Assembly (NCBI GenBank): GCA_043747615.1
Contig: JAYTOU010000093.1
Coordinates: 32,001 to 96,000, forward strand
Direction of reading: 5' to 3'
From: Myxococcales bacterium
GTDB lineage: Bacteria; Myxococcota_A; Polyangia; Polyangiales; Polyangiaceae
Length of the DNA: 64,000 nt
The notes below the pieces were generated by a model. That model saw only the letters and a list, made by a program, of their open reading frames with translations. It was not told where the DNA came from and ran no database searches. The stretch's first letter is position 1. Every line of letters begins with the position of its first letter. Below are positions 1-8,973 of the stretch, piece after piece. The position numbers and the translations under genes were made by a program.

Positions 1-293
1 ACACCCTTGCTGGCGGGCTTGGCGGCGAACTTCTGCTTCTCTTTGGTGAAGGGGTTGATGCCTTCACGTGCCGGACGCGCCGGCTTCTTGACGACGACGA
101 ACTTCGCGAAGCCGGGGAGAACGAAGACCCCAGACTTCTTGAGCTCGCGATGACCAACCGTCACGAGGGTCTCGACGACCATCTTGACGTGCTTCCGCGA
201 AATTTCCTCGCCGATCGCGTCCGCGACCGCTTGAAGGATTGCGCTCTTCGAGAGCGGCTTGTTGCTCGACTTCTTCTTTTCAGTCTTCGCCAT
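1..293 (-). CDS. HU family DNA-binding protein (runs off window edge)
   Basis: Manual translation MAKTEKKKSSNKPLSKSAILQAVADAIGEEISRKHVK...VFVLPGFAKFVVVKKPARPAREGINPFTKEKQKFAAKPASKG; HU-like GF and GINP arm; GGAGG RBS upstream; not in ORF track. Confidence 0.9.
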   Translation of the reverse strand, partial: MAKTEKKKSSNKPLSKSAILQAVADAIGEEISRKHVKMVVETLVTVGHRELKKSGVFVLPGFAKFVVVKKPARPAREGINPFTKEKQKFAAKPASKG

Positions 294-387
294 GTTCAAA
301 CCTCCAGAGATTTCTCAACGGGGGGAGTTACGTGCGTTACGGGCCGTATGGCAATCGAAAATGGCTTCGGGGACAGTCTTTTTGGCG

Positions 388-1473
388 TTAAGGGTCCAGT
401 CCACTGTGGATCCCATACTTTCTGGATCTCCATACGCCCAGGCCTTCGTCGAGGACGGTGACCTTGGTGAACCCCTTGGCGACGAGCTTTTGCGCGAGCG
501 ACCCGGACTCCGCGTGGGGGCAGCCGCAATAGCAAACGAGCCACGTATTCCGGGGAAGCGCATCCACATATGGCTCTGGATCGTAAAAGGGCACGCTCAC
601 GGCGCCGGAGATGTGCTCGTTTGTGTAGTCGGAGGGGGCGCGCGCATCGAGGAGCGCCATCCGCGCACCGCGGTCGAGCTGCGACTTGATCACGTCGGCG
701 GGCGTCAGGAGCGGAGTTGCGCGGAAGCCAACGGGCTCCGGGCCTCGCGGGTTGAGAGGCACCGGGCCGAGCGGAAGAGGCGGCGGACGGGTCGGCGCCT
801 TCACCACGAAGACAGGGGATTTCCAGCTCCGCAGCGCAGCGAGGACGTCTTCGATCTCGCCGTCGCCGAGGGTGCCTTGGTAGCTCGCCATTGCGGTCGC
901 GGATCGTCCGCCGCGGATCGCGTGGCGCAAGAAGCCATCGCTCGCCGTCGACAGAAGCTGCGCGTTGCCGATGTTGACGTTTGGACCGCCAGTGCCTCGC
1001 ACGCCATGACAGCGCACGCATTCGCGCGCAAAGATCGCGGTGCCTGCGGAGGCGTTGCCCGCCGATGGACGTTCATCGAGCGCGGGGTGCTCGCGCCTGT
1101 CCCAGGTGCGAAGAAAGGCGATGGTGGCGGTGACGTCGTCTGGTTCGAGCGGACCGCCGCGTTCCTTCGCCCACGCCGACATGGTCGTGCCGCCGCGACC
1201 GTTCGCGATCGCGCTCCGAAGAAACTGGTCGGTCACCGACGCCAGAAAATCGCGGTGGGCGAGCGCTGGTGCCTGATCGGCCTTGTATCCCTCGCCGCCC
1301 GCTCCGTGGCAGACGGCGCACATGCGGCCATAGATCTCTCGGCCGTGCTCCTGCGATGCGGTGAGCTCGATGGGGCTGCACTCAAGCTCGCCGCTGACGA
1401 CGACCAGCGCAACGATGGTGAAGGCGACGAGCGGACGGCGCATCAGAAGCAACGCTAGCTCACCCCGCGTCAT
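388..1473 (-). CDS. Di-heme c-type cytochrome fused to C-terminal rhodanese domain
   Basis: Two CxxCH motifs (CAVCH, CVRCH), each followed by a distal Met; rhodanese motifs LLDAR, HISGA, YCGCPH; hydrophobic N-terminus; ATG at 1473 overlaps upstream stop (ATGA). Confidence 0.85.
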   Translation of the reverse strand: MTRGELALLLMRRPLVAFTIVALVVVSGELECSPIELTASQEHGREIYGRMCAVCHGAGGEGYKADQAPALAHRDFLASVTDQFLRSAIANGRGGTTMSAWAKERGGPLEPDDVTATIAFLRTWDRREHPALDERPSAGNASAGTAIFARECVRCHGVRGTGGPNVNIGNAQLLSTASDGFLRHAIRGGRSATAMASYQGTLGDGEIEDVLAALRSWKSPVFVVKAPTRPPPLPLGPVPLNPRGPEPVGFRATPLLTPADVIKSQLDRGARMALLDARAPSDYTNEHISGAVSVPFYDPEPYVDALPRNTWLVCYCGCPHAESGSLAQKLVAKGFTKVTVLDEGLGVWRSRKYGIHSGLDP

Positions 1474-3380
1474 CGGCCCACACTCGGAAACGCCAGGCTC
1501 GCAGCGTCCATCATCGTGCCGCACGTGGTGCCGGTGAGCGGTGTCCCTTGGCGCGGATCGCTTGCCATGTCGAAGCACGTCCAGCGGTTGGTCGCGGAGC
1601 CTACGAGCAGTCGATCGCCGCGCATCACGCCGTACTTCGGTTCGTCGGCTTCCCACACGCCCGAGGACGTTGAGAGGATTACGGTGGGCTCCTCCGGGTC
1701 CGCGGGACGCACGAGCGAGCGGCCGTGAACGAGCGACGCGAAGGGGAAGGTGTCACGCACTGCGAAGACGCCGAGAAGATCGATCACCGTGGCCTGCACG
1801 TCTTGCGAGTACGTGCGACGACCAGCAAATGTGCGGAGCGCCGAACGTTGCGCGGCGTCGAGAGCACGTGGCCCCGCGACGAGCCACCCCGGAACGGCCA
1901 CCTCTTCATCGTAGAGGGAATGAATGTGATAGAGCCCGCCGCGCTCCCGAAACTGCTCACCGTGATCGGAGAGAAAAATCACCGCCGTGTCTTCCCAGCT
2001 CGGAAGCGCCCGCAGCTCGCGCAAGAACGCGGCGAGGGTGCGCTCCTGCATGCGTACGCTGTTCAAGTAGTGATTGTGAAAGTATCCGGACTCGCCGAGC
2101 GGATCGTTCGAGTGCGGCGAATAGGGCTGGAGCCCCGGGTCGATGCGGTACGGCGCGTGGGTGTTCGAGAAGTGGAGCACGGCAAAATACGGAGTTTCCG
2201 CGGGAACGCTGCGGGCGAACTCGAGCATGCGGGCCGTAGCGCGTTCGTCGGGAGCGCCGATCTGCGCGTCTTTCGTGTCTCCGAGCTCCATCGCGCTCAC
2301 CTTGAGATCGATGCCGGCGCGCTGCACAAACGCCCCGAAGTCGTCGTAGCGAAGATTCTGCGAGGTGACGTACGCGGTGCGGTAGCCGACAGAGTGAGCA
2401 ACCTCCCAGAGAACCGGCGCGGAGTGCGCGGTCACGAAATCCACGTTCGGCGGGAGGCCCGTCCAGAGGAGCATGCACGCGCTGAACGTTCCCGGTGACT
2501 GGGTGGTCAGCTTGCCGAGAGAAATGCGATCGGGGACGACCTCGTCGAGGAAGGGCGCCTTGCAGGCGGGCGGAGGGTCGGAGCACATGGCGTCGGCGCG
2601 AACGCTCTCGGTAATGATGACCACCACGTTCGGACGATGCGACGGTGGCGCGATCGGCGGAAGCGACGCGGGAGTGCGGAGAGAGATCCCTCTACGCACC
2701 CAACCCTTGCCCGTCACGGCGTCGCGAAGGGCGTGCACGACGCCGTGAATGAAGCACGTGTCGGGCGGCGCAGCCTGGAGGGAGCGGCTCTCGACGAAGT
2801 CGATCCAGAAGCAGAAGGCAGCTCCGAAAAAGGCGAGCACGGGCACGATCGGGATCACCTTCGCGACCGACGGAGCCGCCCTCCTGACGAGGACGACGAT
2901 CCCGAGCGTGACCGCGACGCCCGCGACGATCATGGCCACGAAGACGGACGCGCCACCCCACGCGAGGAGCCAGTCCTTCAGCGTGCCCCGAAGAGCGATG
3001 CCGAGGCGCACCGTGTCTCGCGCCATGTAGGCCTGAAAAACGCGGTGGTACAGGGCCTGTGCGCCGTAACAAGAGATCGCGAGCGGCAGCACCCATAGGC
3101 CGAAGAAGAGGCCGAGGCCCAAGCGAGCTGCGAGCCGCGCGCGGCCGCTGTCGAATAGAAAGAGGCGTGAGACCAGCCACAGCGGACCGCCCCAGAACCC
3201 GGCGCTGGCGAGCGACGATCCCACGTAGTTCACGACGTCGAGCGGACTGTAGGCCGCGATGGCTCCGCCTCGGATGAAGAGGTCCATGACGATCGCGAGG
3301 AGCGTTGGCGAGACGAAGAGGAAGAGCATCCGCGGGCGGTCGCCTAGAAGCGCGCGCATCACCCGCCGCATCCGGTTCAT
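1470..3380 (-). CDS. Membrane-anchored sulfatase-like / LTA-synthase-like enzyme (alkaline phosphatase superfamily)
   Basis: About 5 N-terminal TM segments, then PNVVVIITESVRAD, NTHAPY, SDHGE and SLYDE motifs. Confidence 0.85.
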   Translation of the reverse strand: MNRMRRVMRALLGDRPRMLFLFVSPTLLAIVMDLFIRGGAIAAYSPLDVVNYVGSSLASAGFWGGPLWLVSRLFLFDSGRARLAARLGLGLFFGLWVLPLAISCYGAQALYHRVFQAYMARDTVRLGIALRGTLKDWLLAWGGASVFVAMIVAGVAVTLGIVVLVRRAAPSVAKVIPIVPVLAFFGAAFCFWIDFVESRSLQAAPPDTCFIHGVVHALRDAVTGKGWVRRGISLRTPASLPPIAPPSHRPNVVVIITESVRADAMCSDPPPACKAPFLDEVVPDRISLGKLTTQSPGTFSACMLLWTGLPPNVDFVTAHSAPVLWEVAHSVGYRTAYVTSQNLRYDDFGAFVQRAGIDLKVSAMELGDTKDAQIGAPDERATARMLEFARSVPAETPYFAVLHFSNTHAPYRIDPGLQPYSPHSNDPLGESGYFHNHYLNSVRMQERTLAAFLRELRALPSWEDTAVIFLSDHGEQFRERGGLYHIHSLYDEEVAVPGWLVAGPRALDAAQRSALRTFAGRRTYSQDVQATVIDLLGVFAVRDTFPFASLVHGRSLVRPADPEEPTVILSTSSGVWEADEPKYGVMRGDRLLVGSATNRWTCFDMASDPRQGTPLTGTTCGTMMDAASLAFPSVGR

Positions 3381-5146
3381 CTCGGTACCTTGACCGTGAA
3401 CGTGGCCCCCGCGCCGCCAGCACTCTCGACGGTGACGAGACCGCCCATCGCCTCGACGAGGTGCTTGACGATGGAGAGCCCCAGCCCTGTGCCTCCGACC
3501 TCGCGTGAGCGCCCGGCGTCGACGCGATAGAACCGCTCGAACAGGCGGGGAATATGCTTTGCATCGATCCCCGGTCCGTTGTCTCTGACGTCCATGCGGA
3601 CCGTATGCTCGTCGCTGGTCACGGACACGGCGATCGCTGCGCCGGCCGGGCAGTATTTCACGGCGTTGTCGATCAGGTTGGAGAGAACTTGCTCGATCGC
3701 CCGCGAGTCGCCGAGAAAGGGTTGCGGGTCTTTATCGATCTTGGCGGAGAGAGTGACTTTCTTTCTTTCGGCACGCTCGAGGAAGAGGGCGACCACGTTC
3801 GCCACCACCTCGGGGATGTCGACCCTCTCTTTGCGGAGCTGGAATTGATTCGACTCCATGCGCGAGAGGTCCAGGAGATCCTCGATGAGGGCCTGCAGCC
3901 GGTCCGAGTTGCGCTCGATGATTTCGACGAAGCGTTGCGCAGCCTTCGGATCTGGATCGCGGAGGGCCGTGTCACGAAGGGTTTCCGCAGCCGACTTTAC
4001 GGCCATGACGGGCGTTCGCAGCTCATGAGAGACGTTGGCCACGAAGTCGCGGCGCATGGATTCGAGGCGCCTCAGGTCCGTCACGTCGACGAACACCGCG
4101 ACCACTCCGTCCTCCGGTCCGGAGAGCGCGCTGGCGTGGGTGAGCAGCCGGCGCGGCTTGATCCCGGGTAGGTCGATCTCTCCGCGGACCGTCGTCCGAG
4201 CGTTCGTCGCACGCTTGACGAGCGCGTGCAGCTCGGCGTGACGCACGACCTCGATGAGGAGCTTGCCGATCGCCGACGTCCCCGCGCGGAGCATGTCACG
4301 GAGCGCGCGGTTCATCAGGACCACCTGCCCCTCGCGGTCGAGGACGAGCACTCCCTCTTCCATCCCATCCAGAATGTTCGCCTGGAGATCGCGCTCCGTC
4401 CTGAGCTCGTTCAACGTCTGGGAGAGGCTTCCCGCAAGCTGATCGAGCGCCCTGCCCAGCTGTCCAAGCTCGTCGATTCCGGCGACGCGAGTGCGCGCGG
4501 AGAGATCGCCGGCGGTCATTTTTCGGGCTGCGTCCGTGAGTTGCGAGACGCCGCGCGACATCCACTGCGCCGCAAACGTCGACATGAGGCCGGACAGGAT
4601 CAGCGCGACGAAGAAGGCCACGACGACGAGCGCCTGAGCGCGACCGACCGCCTCGTCCACGCGGATGAGGGGCTCTGCGACGCGAGCTACACCCGCCGCT
4701 ACTCCCCGCTGCGAGAAGCGAACGGCCACGTACATCATGTGCTCGTGGATGGTGCTGCTCAAGCGGCTCCCCACGCCGTGGCCCTGGGTGAGGGCAGCGA
4801 GCACCTCGGCGCGCGTCCCGTGATTTTCGAGACTGGAGAGGGCGGCGGTCTCGACGTTGGAGTCACCGATCACGACGCCGTCTTGGCGGATCAACGTGAC
4901 GCGCACCTCCGAGACGCGACCGAGCCTGTCCGCAACCGCGTCCCATGCCGTGAGATCCGTCACCGGCGCGGTGGTCACGCTGGCCTCGTCGGCGACGAGG
5001 CGGGCGCGGATGAGTAGATCGTCTTGGATGCTCTGGGTGAGCTCGGTCCGGATGGCGCGCGTGAGGTAGAGATCGGTCGCTGCCAAAGACACGACGATCA
5101 AGCCGAAAGAGACGATGAAGAGCTGGAAGCGAACACTAAGTTTCAT
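3377..5146 (-). CDS. phoR: PhoR-like sensor histidine kinase (HAMP, PAS, HisKA, HATPase)
   Basis: RRDFVANVSHELRTP H-box; NLIDNAVKY, DNGPGI, FERFYRVD..RSR..GGTGLGLSIVKH. Confidence 0.85.
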   Translation of the reverse strand: MKLSVRFQLFIVSFGLIVVSLAATDLYLTRAIRTELTQSIQDDLLIRARLVADEASVTTAPVTDLTAWDAVADRLGRVSEVRVTLIRQDGVVIGDSNVETAALSSLENHGTRAEVLAALTQGHGVGSRLSSTIHEHMMYVAVRFSQRGVAAGVARVAEPLIRVDEAVGRAQALVVVAFFVALILSGLMSTFAAQWMSRGVSQLTDAARKMTAGDLSARTRVAGIDELGQLGRALDQLAGSLSQTLNELRTERDLQANILDGMEEGVLVLDREGQVVLMNRALRDMLRAGTSAIGKLLIEVVRHAELHALVKRATNARTTVRGEIDLPGIKPRRLLTHASALSGPEDGVVAVFVDVTDLRRLESMRRDFVANVSHELRTPVMAVKSAAETLRDTALRDPDPKAAQRFVEIIERNSDRLQALIEDLLDLSRMESNQFQLRKERVDIPEVVANVVALFLERAERKKVTLSAKIDKDPQPFLGDSRAIEQVLSNLIDNAVKYCPAGAAIAVSVTSDEHTVRMDVRDNGPGIDAKHIPRLFERFYRVDAGRSREVGGTGLGLSIVKHLVEAMGGLVTVESAGGAGATFTVKVPR

Positions 5147-5179
5147 CTTCGATGGACCTCTTCGACGCGCGCACGAGCG

Positions 5180-5881
5180 TCAACGCGACGCGGGCTCATC
5201 CGGCGTGTCGCTGAATCGGTAGCCCACGCCGCGAACGGTCTCGACGTAGAGCGCGGCGCTCCCCAGCTTTTCGCGAAGCCGCTTCACGTGCGTGTCGACG
5301 GTGCGGGTGGTCACGTCGGCCTCGATGCCCCACACGTCCGAGAGAAGCACCTCGCGCGTCTGCACGCGGTTCTGCCGGTCGAAGAGGGTGATGAGCAACT
5401 TGAACTCGAGAACGGTGAGCTCGATTTCCTCTTCGCCGCTCCACACGCGGTGCGCTTCGCGGTCGATGCGGAGCGATCCAAAGACGATCATCGTTGCCCC
5501 TTCTACTCCGGGGACGCGGCGCCTCAGCACCGACTGCATGCGAAGGAGCAGCTCACGCATGCTGAACGGTTTCACCACGTAGTCGTCGGCGCCGAGCTCG
5601 AAGCCCACCACGCGATCGATCTCTTCGCCCTTGGCGGTGATCATCACCACGTTGACGTGCTGGGTCTTTGGATCCTTGCGAAGGGCCTTGCACACCTCGG
5701 TGCCCGAAATGTCGGGGAGCATGAGATCAAGCAGCACGATCTCCGGCGCCTCGGCCCGGGCGAGCCTCAGACCTTCGTGGCCCGTGGACGCGACGCGCAC
5801 TTCGTGTCCAGCCTGACCGAGGTTGTACCGAAGAATCTCCTGCAAATCGGCTTCATCTTCGATCACGAGCACACGTGCCAT
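5180..5881 (-). CDS. phoB: PhoB-like OmpR-family response regulator
   Basis: Receiver (IEDE, LDLMLP, KPFS) plus winged helix RTVDTHVKRLREKL, ETVRGVGY; adjacent to PhoR-like kinase. Confidence 0.8.
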   Translation of the reverse strand: MARVLVIEDEADLQEILRYNLGQAGHEVRVASTGHEGLRLARAEAPEIVLLDLMLPDISGTEVCKALRKDPKTQHVNVVMITAKGEEIDRVVGFELGADDYVVKPFSMRELLLRMQSVLRRRVPGVEGATMIVFGSLRIDREAHRVWSGEEEIELTVLEFKLLITLFDRQNRVQTREVLLSDVWGIEADVTTRTVDTHVKRLREKLGSAALYVETVRGVGYRFSDTPDEPASR

Positions 5882-5914
5882 GACTGCCCTCTACCGCGGT
5901 ATCGAGGCAACACT

Positions 5915-5932
5915 GTGACAAACCGATGTCAA
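5915..5932 (-). promoter_or_regulatory. Candidate Pho box
   Basis: Minus strand TTGACAT-cggt-TTGTCAC, an 11-bp-spaced direct repeat resembling CTGTCAT-N4-CTGTCAC, about 35 bp upstream of phoB. Confidence 0.55.
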
Positions 5933-6036
5933 CTTGACCCTTTTTGCGAGGTCGTGGCGAGTTGTTGCACCCAATTTACGGCCGAGCCGCCGAAACGACA
6001 CATGCATCGTTGATCCTCTTTGCTCAGGAGACATCG

Positions 6037-6228
6037 ATGGCCGCTTCGATCCTGACTAGACACAGGGCGCTCGCCGGAATCATCGGCGCGACGACCGGCC
6101 TCGGCGAGGTCGTCGCCGGGCCCGCTCTTGCTCCGATCGTCGAAATCTCCGGAGCCGCGCTCACGGCCGCGCTCGCTGCCCACGCCGTGCATCGCATCGT
6201 TGCGGCGACCGAGCTGCTCGCCGCCTGA
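6037..6228 (+). CDS. Small hydrophobic Ala/Gly-rich hypothetical protein (63 aa)
   Basis: AGGAG RBS 6 nt before ATG; fills intergenic gap; GC3-rich codons. Confidence 0.55.
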   Translation: MAASILTRHRALAGIIGATTGLGEVVAGPALAPIVEISGAALTAALAAHAVHRIVAATELLAA

Positions 6229-6276
6229 AGCGTCGTTTCCCATCGACCCTCGGGTTGGGCGACTTACGTTTGGGGA

Positions 6277-6981
6277 ATGCAAAAACTCCGCGTGGACGTG
6301 TGGTCTGACATCGCGTGCCCCTGGTGCTACGTCGGCAAGCGGCGACTCGAAGCGGCGCTCGCCCTCTTTCCTCACCGCGATGCGGTCGAGATTCACTGGC
6401 GAGCGTTCGAGCTCGATCCCTCGGCGCCTCGCGTGCGCGACGAGAGCGGCGGGCCGTACGCCGCGCGCCTGGCGAAAAAATACGGGACGTCGGTGGCCAA
6501 GGCCGAAGGCATGCTCGAGACGATGACCGCAACGGCCGCGGCCGACGGGCTGGAGTTCCGTTTCGATCGGGTGCGCTCGGGAAACACGTTCGACGCTCAT
6601 CGCGTGCTCCACCTGGCGGGCGAGCGCGGCGTTCAAGACTCCGTGAAGGAGCGCTTCCTTCGTGCTTACATGACGGAGGGAGAGCCCATCGGGGAGCCCG
6701 AGGTTTTGGTGCGGCTCGCGGGCGAAGCGGGTCTCGACGAGGAAGAGGTGCGGGCGATGCTGGCCAGCGACACCTACGCTCGCGAGGTTCGCACCGATGA
6801 AGACGAAGCGCGCGCACTCGGGATCAGCGGCGTTCCGTTCTTCGCGTTCGCCGGGCGCTACGGAGTCTCCGGCGCTCAGACCCCAAGGGTTCTCGCCGAT
6901 GTGCTCGGCCGTGCCTGGAAGGCGGCGACCGAGCTCGAGATCCAGGAAGGGGCCGTCTGTGGCCCCGACGGCTGCGCCTAA
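6277..6981 (+). CDS. DsbA/FrnE-family dithiol-disulfide oxidoreductase
   Basis: WSDIACPWCYVG, NTFDAHR, GISGVPFF, SGAQ, C-terminal CGPDGC. Confidence 0.92.
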   Translation: MQKLRVDVWSDIACPWCYVGKRRLEAALALFPHRDAVEIHWRAFELDPSAPRVRDESGGPYAARLAKKYGTSVAKAEGMLETMTATAAADGLEFRFDRVRSGNTFDAHRVLHLAGERGVQDSVKERFLRAYMTEGEPIGEPEVLVRLAGEAGLDEEEVRAMLASDTYAREVRTDEDEARALGISGVPFFAFAGRYGVSGAQTPRVLADVLGRAWKAATELEIQEGAVCGPDGCA

Positions 6982-6986
6982 GCGAC

Positions 6987-8621
6987 TTACATCGCGACGG
7001 CTACGCGGAAGAGAAGCTCGTGAAGCACGTGCGCGTTGTCGCGCGCATCGTCGTTGACGCCTGCGGCGAGCGTGTTTCCTGGAGCGATCGCGCGCTGCGA
7101 GGATCCCTGCGCCGGGCCGCCCATCGTGGTGGCCTTCGTCGGCGCGGAGTCCGGAAACATGTTCAGCACATAGTTCGCGCTCAAGCGGACGTGCTTCGTG
7201 AACCAGAAATTTGCTCCGAGGGAGAAGGCATCAACCTTGATGTCGCCGTCGATGTTCTTCGCGTCGACCACGCCGTCTCGACTCGCGCTCGCGTAGGTCA
7301 ACCGCACCTGCTCCCACTTGACGAGAAGTTGAAGCGCGCGCGACGGCGCCGGATCGGGCTTCTTGAAATCGACGTGCGAGGGGTTCTCGTATCCGGGAGC
7401 GCCGTTGATGTCGCGCTTGCCCATCGCCCAGATCCCGAGCTGCGCGTAGTAGGACGTGCCGCTGATGCCGCCGGTGCGTTCGGTGTTCGTGGTCTGGTAG
7501 CCTTCGAGCGCTTCCCGCGTGTGGTTGTTGATGTACACGAGCTCGCCCGTGAGATCGACGATCGAGACCGGAATGCGAAGCTCGCCCGCGAGACCGACCT
7601 GATCGCCCGACGGTAGGACGTGGGTCTGACCGCCTGCGCCGTTATACGTGGGGCTCCAGAAGGTGTAGTTGCCCTGCGTGGAGAGGCCCGGGTAGTCGTA
7701 GTAGGTGTATTTACGATCACGCGATCCGTAGTGGACGCTGCCTCCGATCTGCAGGTCCTTGAGCGCGCCCTGCTGGCTAGTGGCGATCGGATGCACGAAA
7801 ACGCGGGCGAACAGGTCACCGTGGCTGTCGGTGTTTAGCTTGTTTTGCCCGTCTCCGTTGAAGAGCCCCACTGAGTAGAAGAGGAGCTTGTTGCTCATCT
7901 CGCCCCAGGTCATCAGGCCGAGCTCCTTGTTCGTCGGGACGCCCACCGCGCGCACGGCGAGCGAACGCTCCATGAACGGGATGTACTTGTCGCTCGTCCT
8001 GTTCTCCATCGTGAAGGGAGCGTCGTACTGCCCAAGCTGCAGGTTGAAGAGCGGGTGCGCGCGGTAGTTCACGAACACGTCCGTCGGAGCGGCGCTGACC
8101 CTGGCGGTTTGCGCGCTGGCAAAACGGCCCGTCGTTGCGGCGGGTACAACACCGGGTGCGGCGGCCGAGGTCTCGTTCGTCCCCTTGGGATTGTCGAGCC
8201 CCGTCGCACCGAAGTCGCCGGCGAGCATCCACTGCCAGTTGACGAGAAACTCGCCCGAGAGCTCCGGACGAATGCGGCGGAGGAAGAGCGTCGGCTTCAG
8301 CGACTGCGCTGTCACCTCGGCGACGCCCGGCCCGAAGTAGGTGTACGTGTCGATCTGCGCGCGACCCTGGATGTAGAGCCGAAAGTTGTCGTTGTAGTCG
8401 CGCAGGTAGAAGAGGCCGTTGTGCCAGCCGGCGAGCGGGTGACCGTCTTTGGCGAGGGGCGACGCGTCGGCCGTTGAGCTTTCTTCGGCGGGAGCGGCGG
8501 GCGGCTCAGGCGCGGTGACGGTCGTGGTAACGACGGGGTGATCCTCGGGCGACTGCGCTTTGGCGGTGGAAGGCATCGCGAGCAGAAAAAGAATGGGAAC
8601 TGCTACGACGGTGGATCTCAT
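6987..8621 (-). CDS. Phosphate-selective porin OprO/OprP-like outer-membrane protein
   Basis: Signal peptide; GRAQID, LRRIR, GQYDAPFTMEN.TS...IPFMERS motifs; AAGGA RBS before ATG 8621. Confidence 0.8.
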   Translation of the reverse strand: MRSTVVAVPILFLLAMPSTAKAQSPEDHPVVTTTVTAPEPPAAPAEESSTADASPLAKDGHPLAGWHNGLFYLRDYNDNFRLYIQGRAQIDTYTYFGPGVAEVTAQSLKPTLFLRRIRPELSGEFLVNWQWMLAGDFGATGLDNPKGTNETSAAAPGVVPAATTGRFASAQTARVSAAPTDVFVNYRAHPLFNLQLGQYDAPFTMENRTSDKYIPFMERSLAVRAVGVPTNKELGLMTWGEMSNKLLFYSVGLFNGDGQNKLNTDSHGDLFARVFVHPIATSQQGALKDLQIGGSVHYGSRDRKYTYYDYPGLSTQGNYTFWSPTYNGAGGQTHVLPSGDQVGLAGELRIPVSIVDLTGELVYINNHTREALEGYQTTNTERTGGISGTSYYAQLGIWAMGKRDINGAPGYENPSHVDFKKPDPAPSRALQLLVKWEQVRLTYASASRDGVVDAKNIDGDIKVDAFSLGANFWFTKHVRLSANYVLNMFPDSAPTKATTMGGPAQGSSQRAIAPGNTLAAGVNDDARDNAHVLHELLFRVAVAM

Positions 8622-8659
8622 GGTTGGTCCTTTGGCGTTGCACATGGTTGGCGTGACGG

Positions 8660-8884
8660 TCATTCGCTCGCCGCGTCGCCTGCGTCGACCCCGGCATCGA
8701 TCGCCAGGGCTGCGTCTGCCTTCGCCTCGGCAGGAGCGTCCGAAGCAGCATCGGACGGAGCGTCTGCACCGGCGTCCTTCACGGGGACGGGGTTTGGCTT
8801 GTCGTTGTCGGCGCCGCACGCGGTGGATGCGAAGACGACCAGGAGAACGAAGAGGCGCGCGGCCTTCGAGTGCGAATCGAGCAT
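8660..8884 (-). CDS. Small lipoprotein with DAG/DA-rich low-complexity tail (74 aa)
   Basis: Hydrophobic stretch plus STAC lipobox, then DAGADAPSDAASDA repeats. Confidence 0.65.
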   Translation of the reverse strand: MLDSHSKAARLFVLLVVFASTACGADNDKPNPVPVKDAGADAPSDAASDAPAEAKADAALAIDAGVDAGDAASE

Positions 8885-8903
8885 ACTTTCTGATACACGC
8901 ACT

Positions 8904-8921
8904 CTGTGACGAAGCTGCAAC
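8904..8921 (-). promoter_or_regulatory. Weak candidate Pho box upstream of lipoprotein-porin pair
   Basis: GTTGCAG-cttc-GTCACAG (11-bp repeat); GTCAC lies 10 nt before a TATCAG -10-like hexamer. Confidence 0.4.
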
Positions 8922-8973
8922 GTCTGCGGAGCATTTGAAAGGCCCGCGCGCGAAATCACGCTAGGCTGACGTA

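Noticed and set aside
5955..5969. Sigma54-like TGGCGA...TTGCA upstream of the small ORF at 6037
   Set aside because: GG-to-GC spacing is 9 nt, not the required 10
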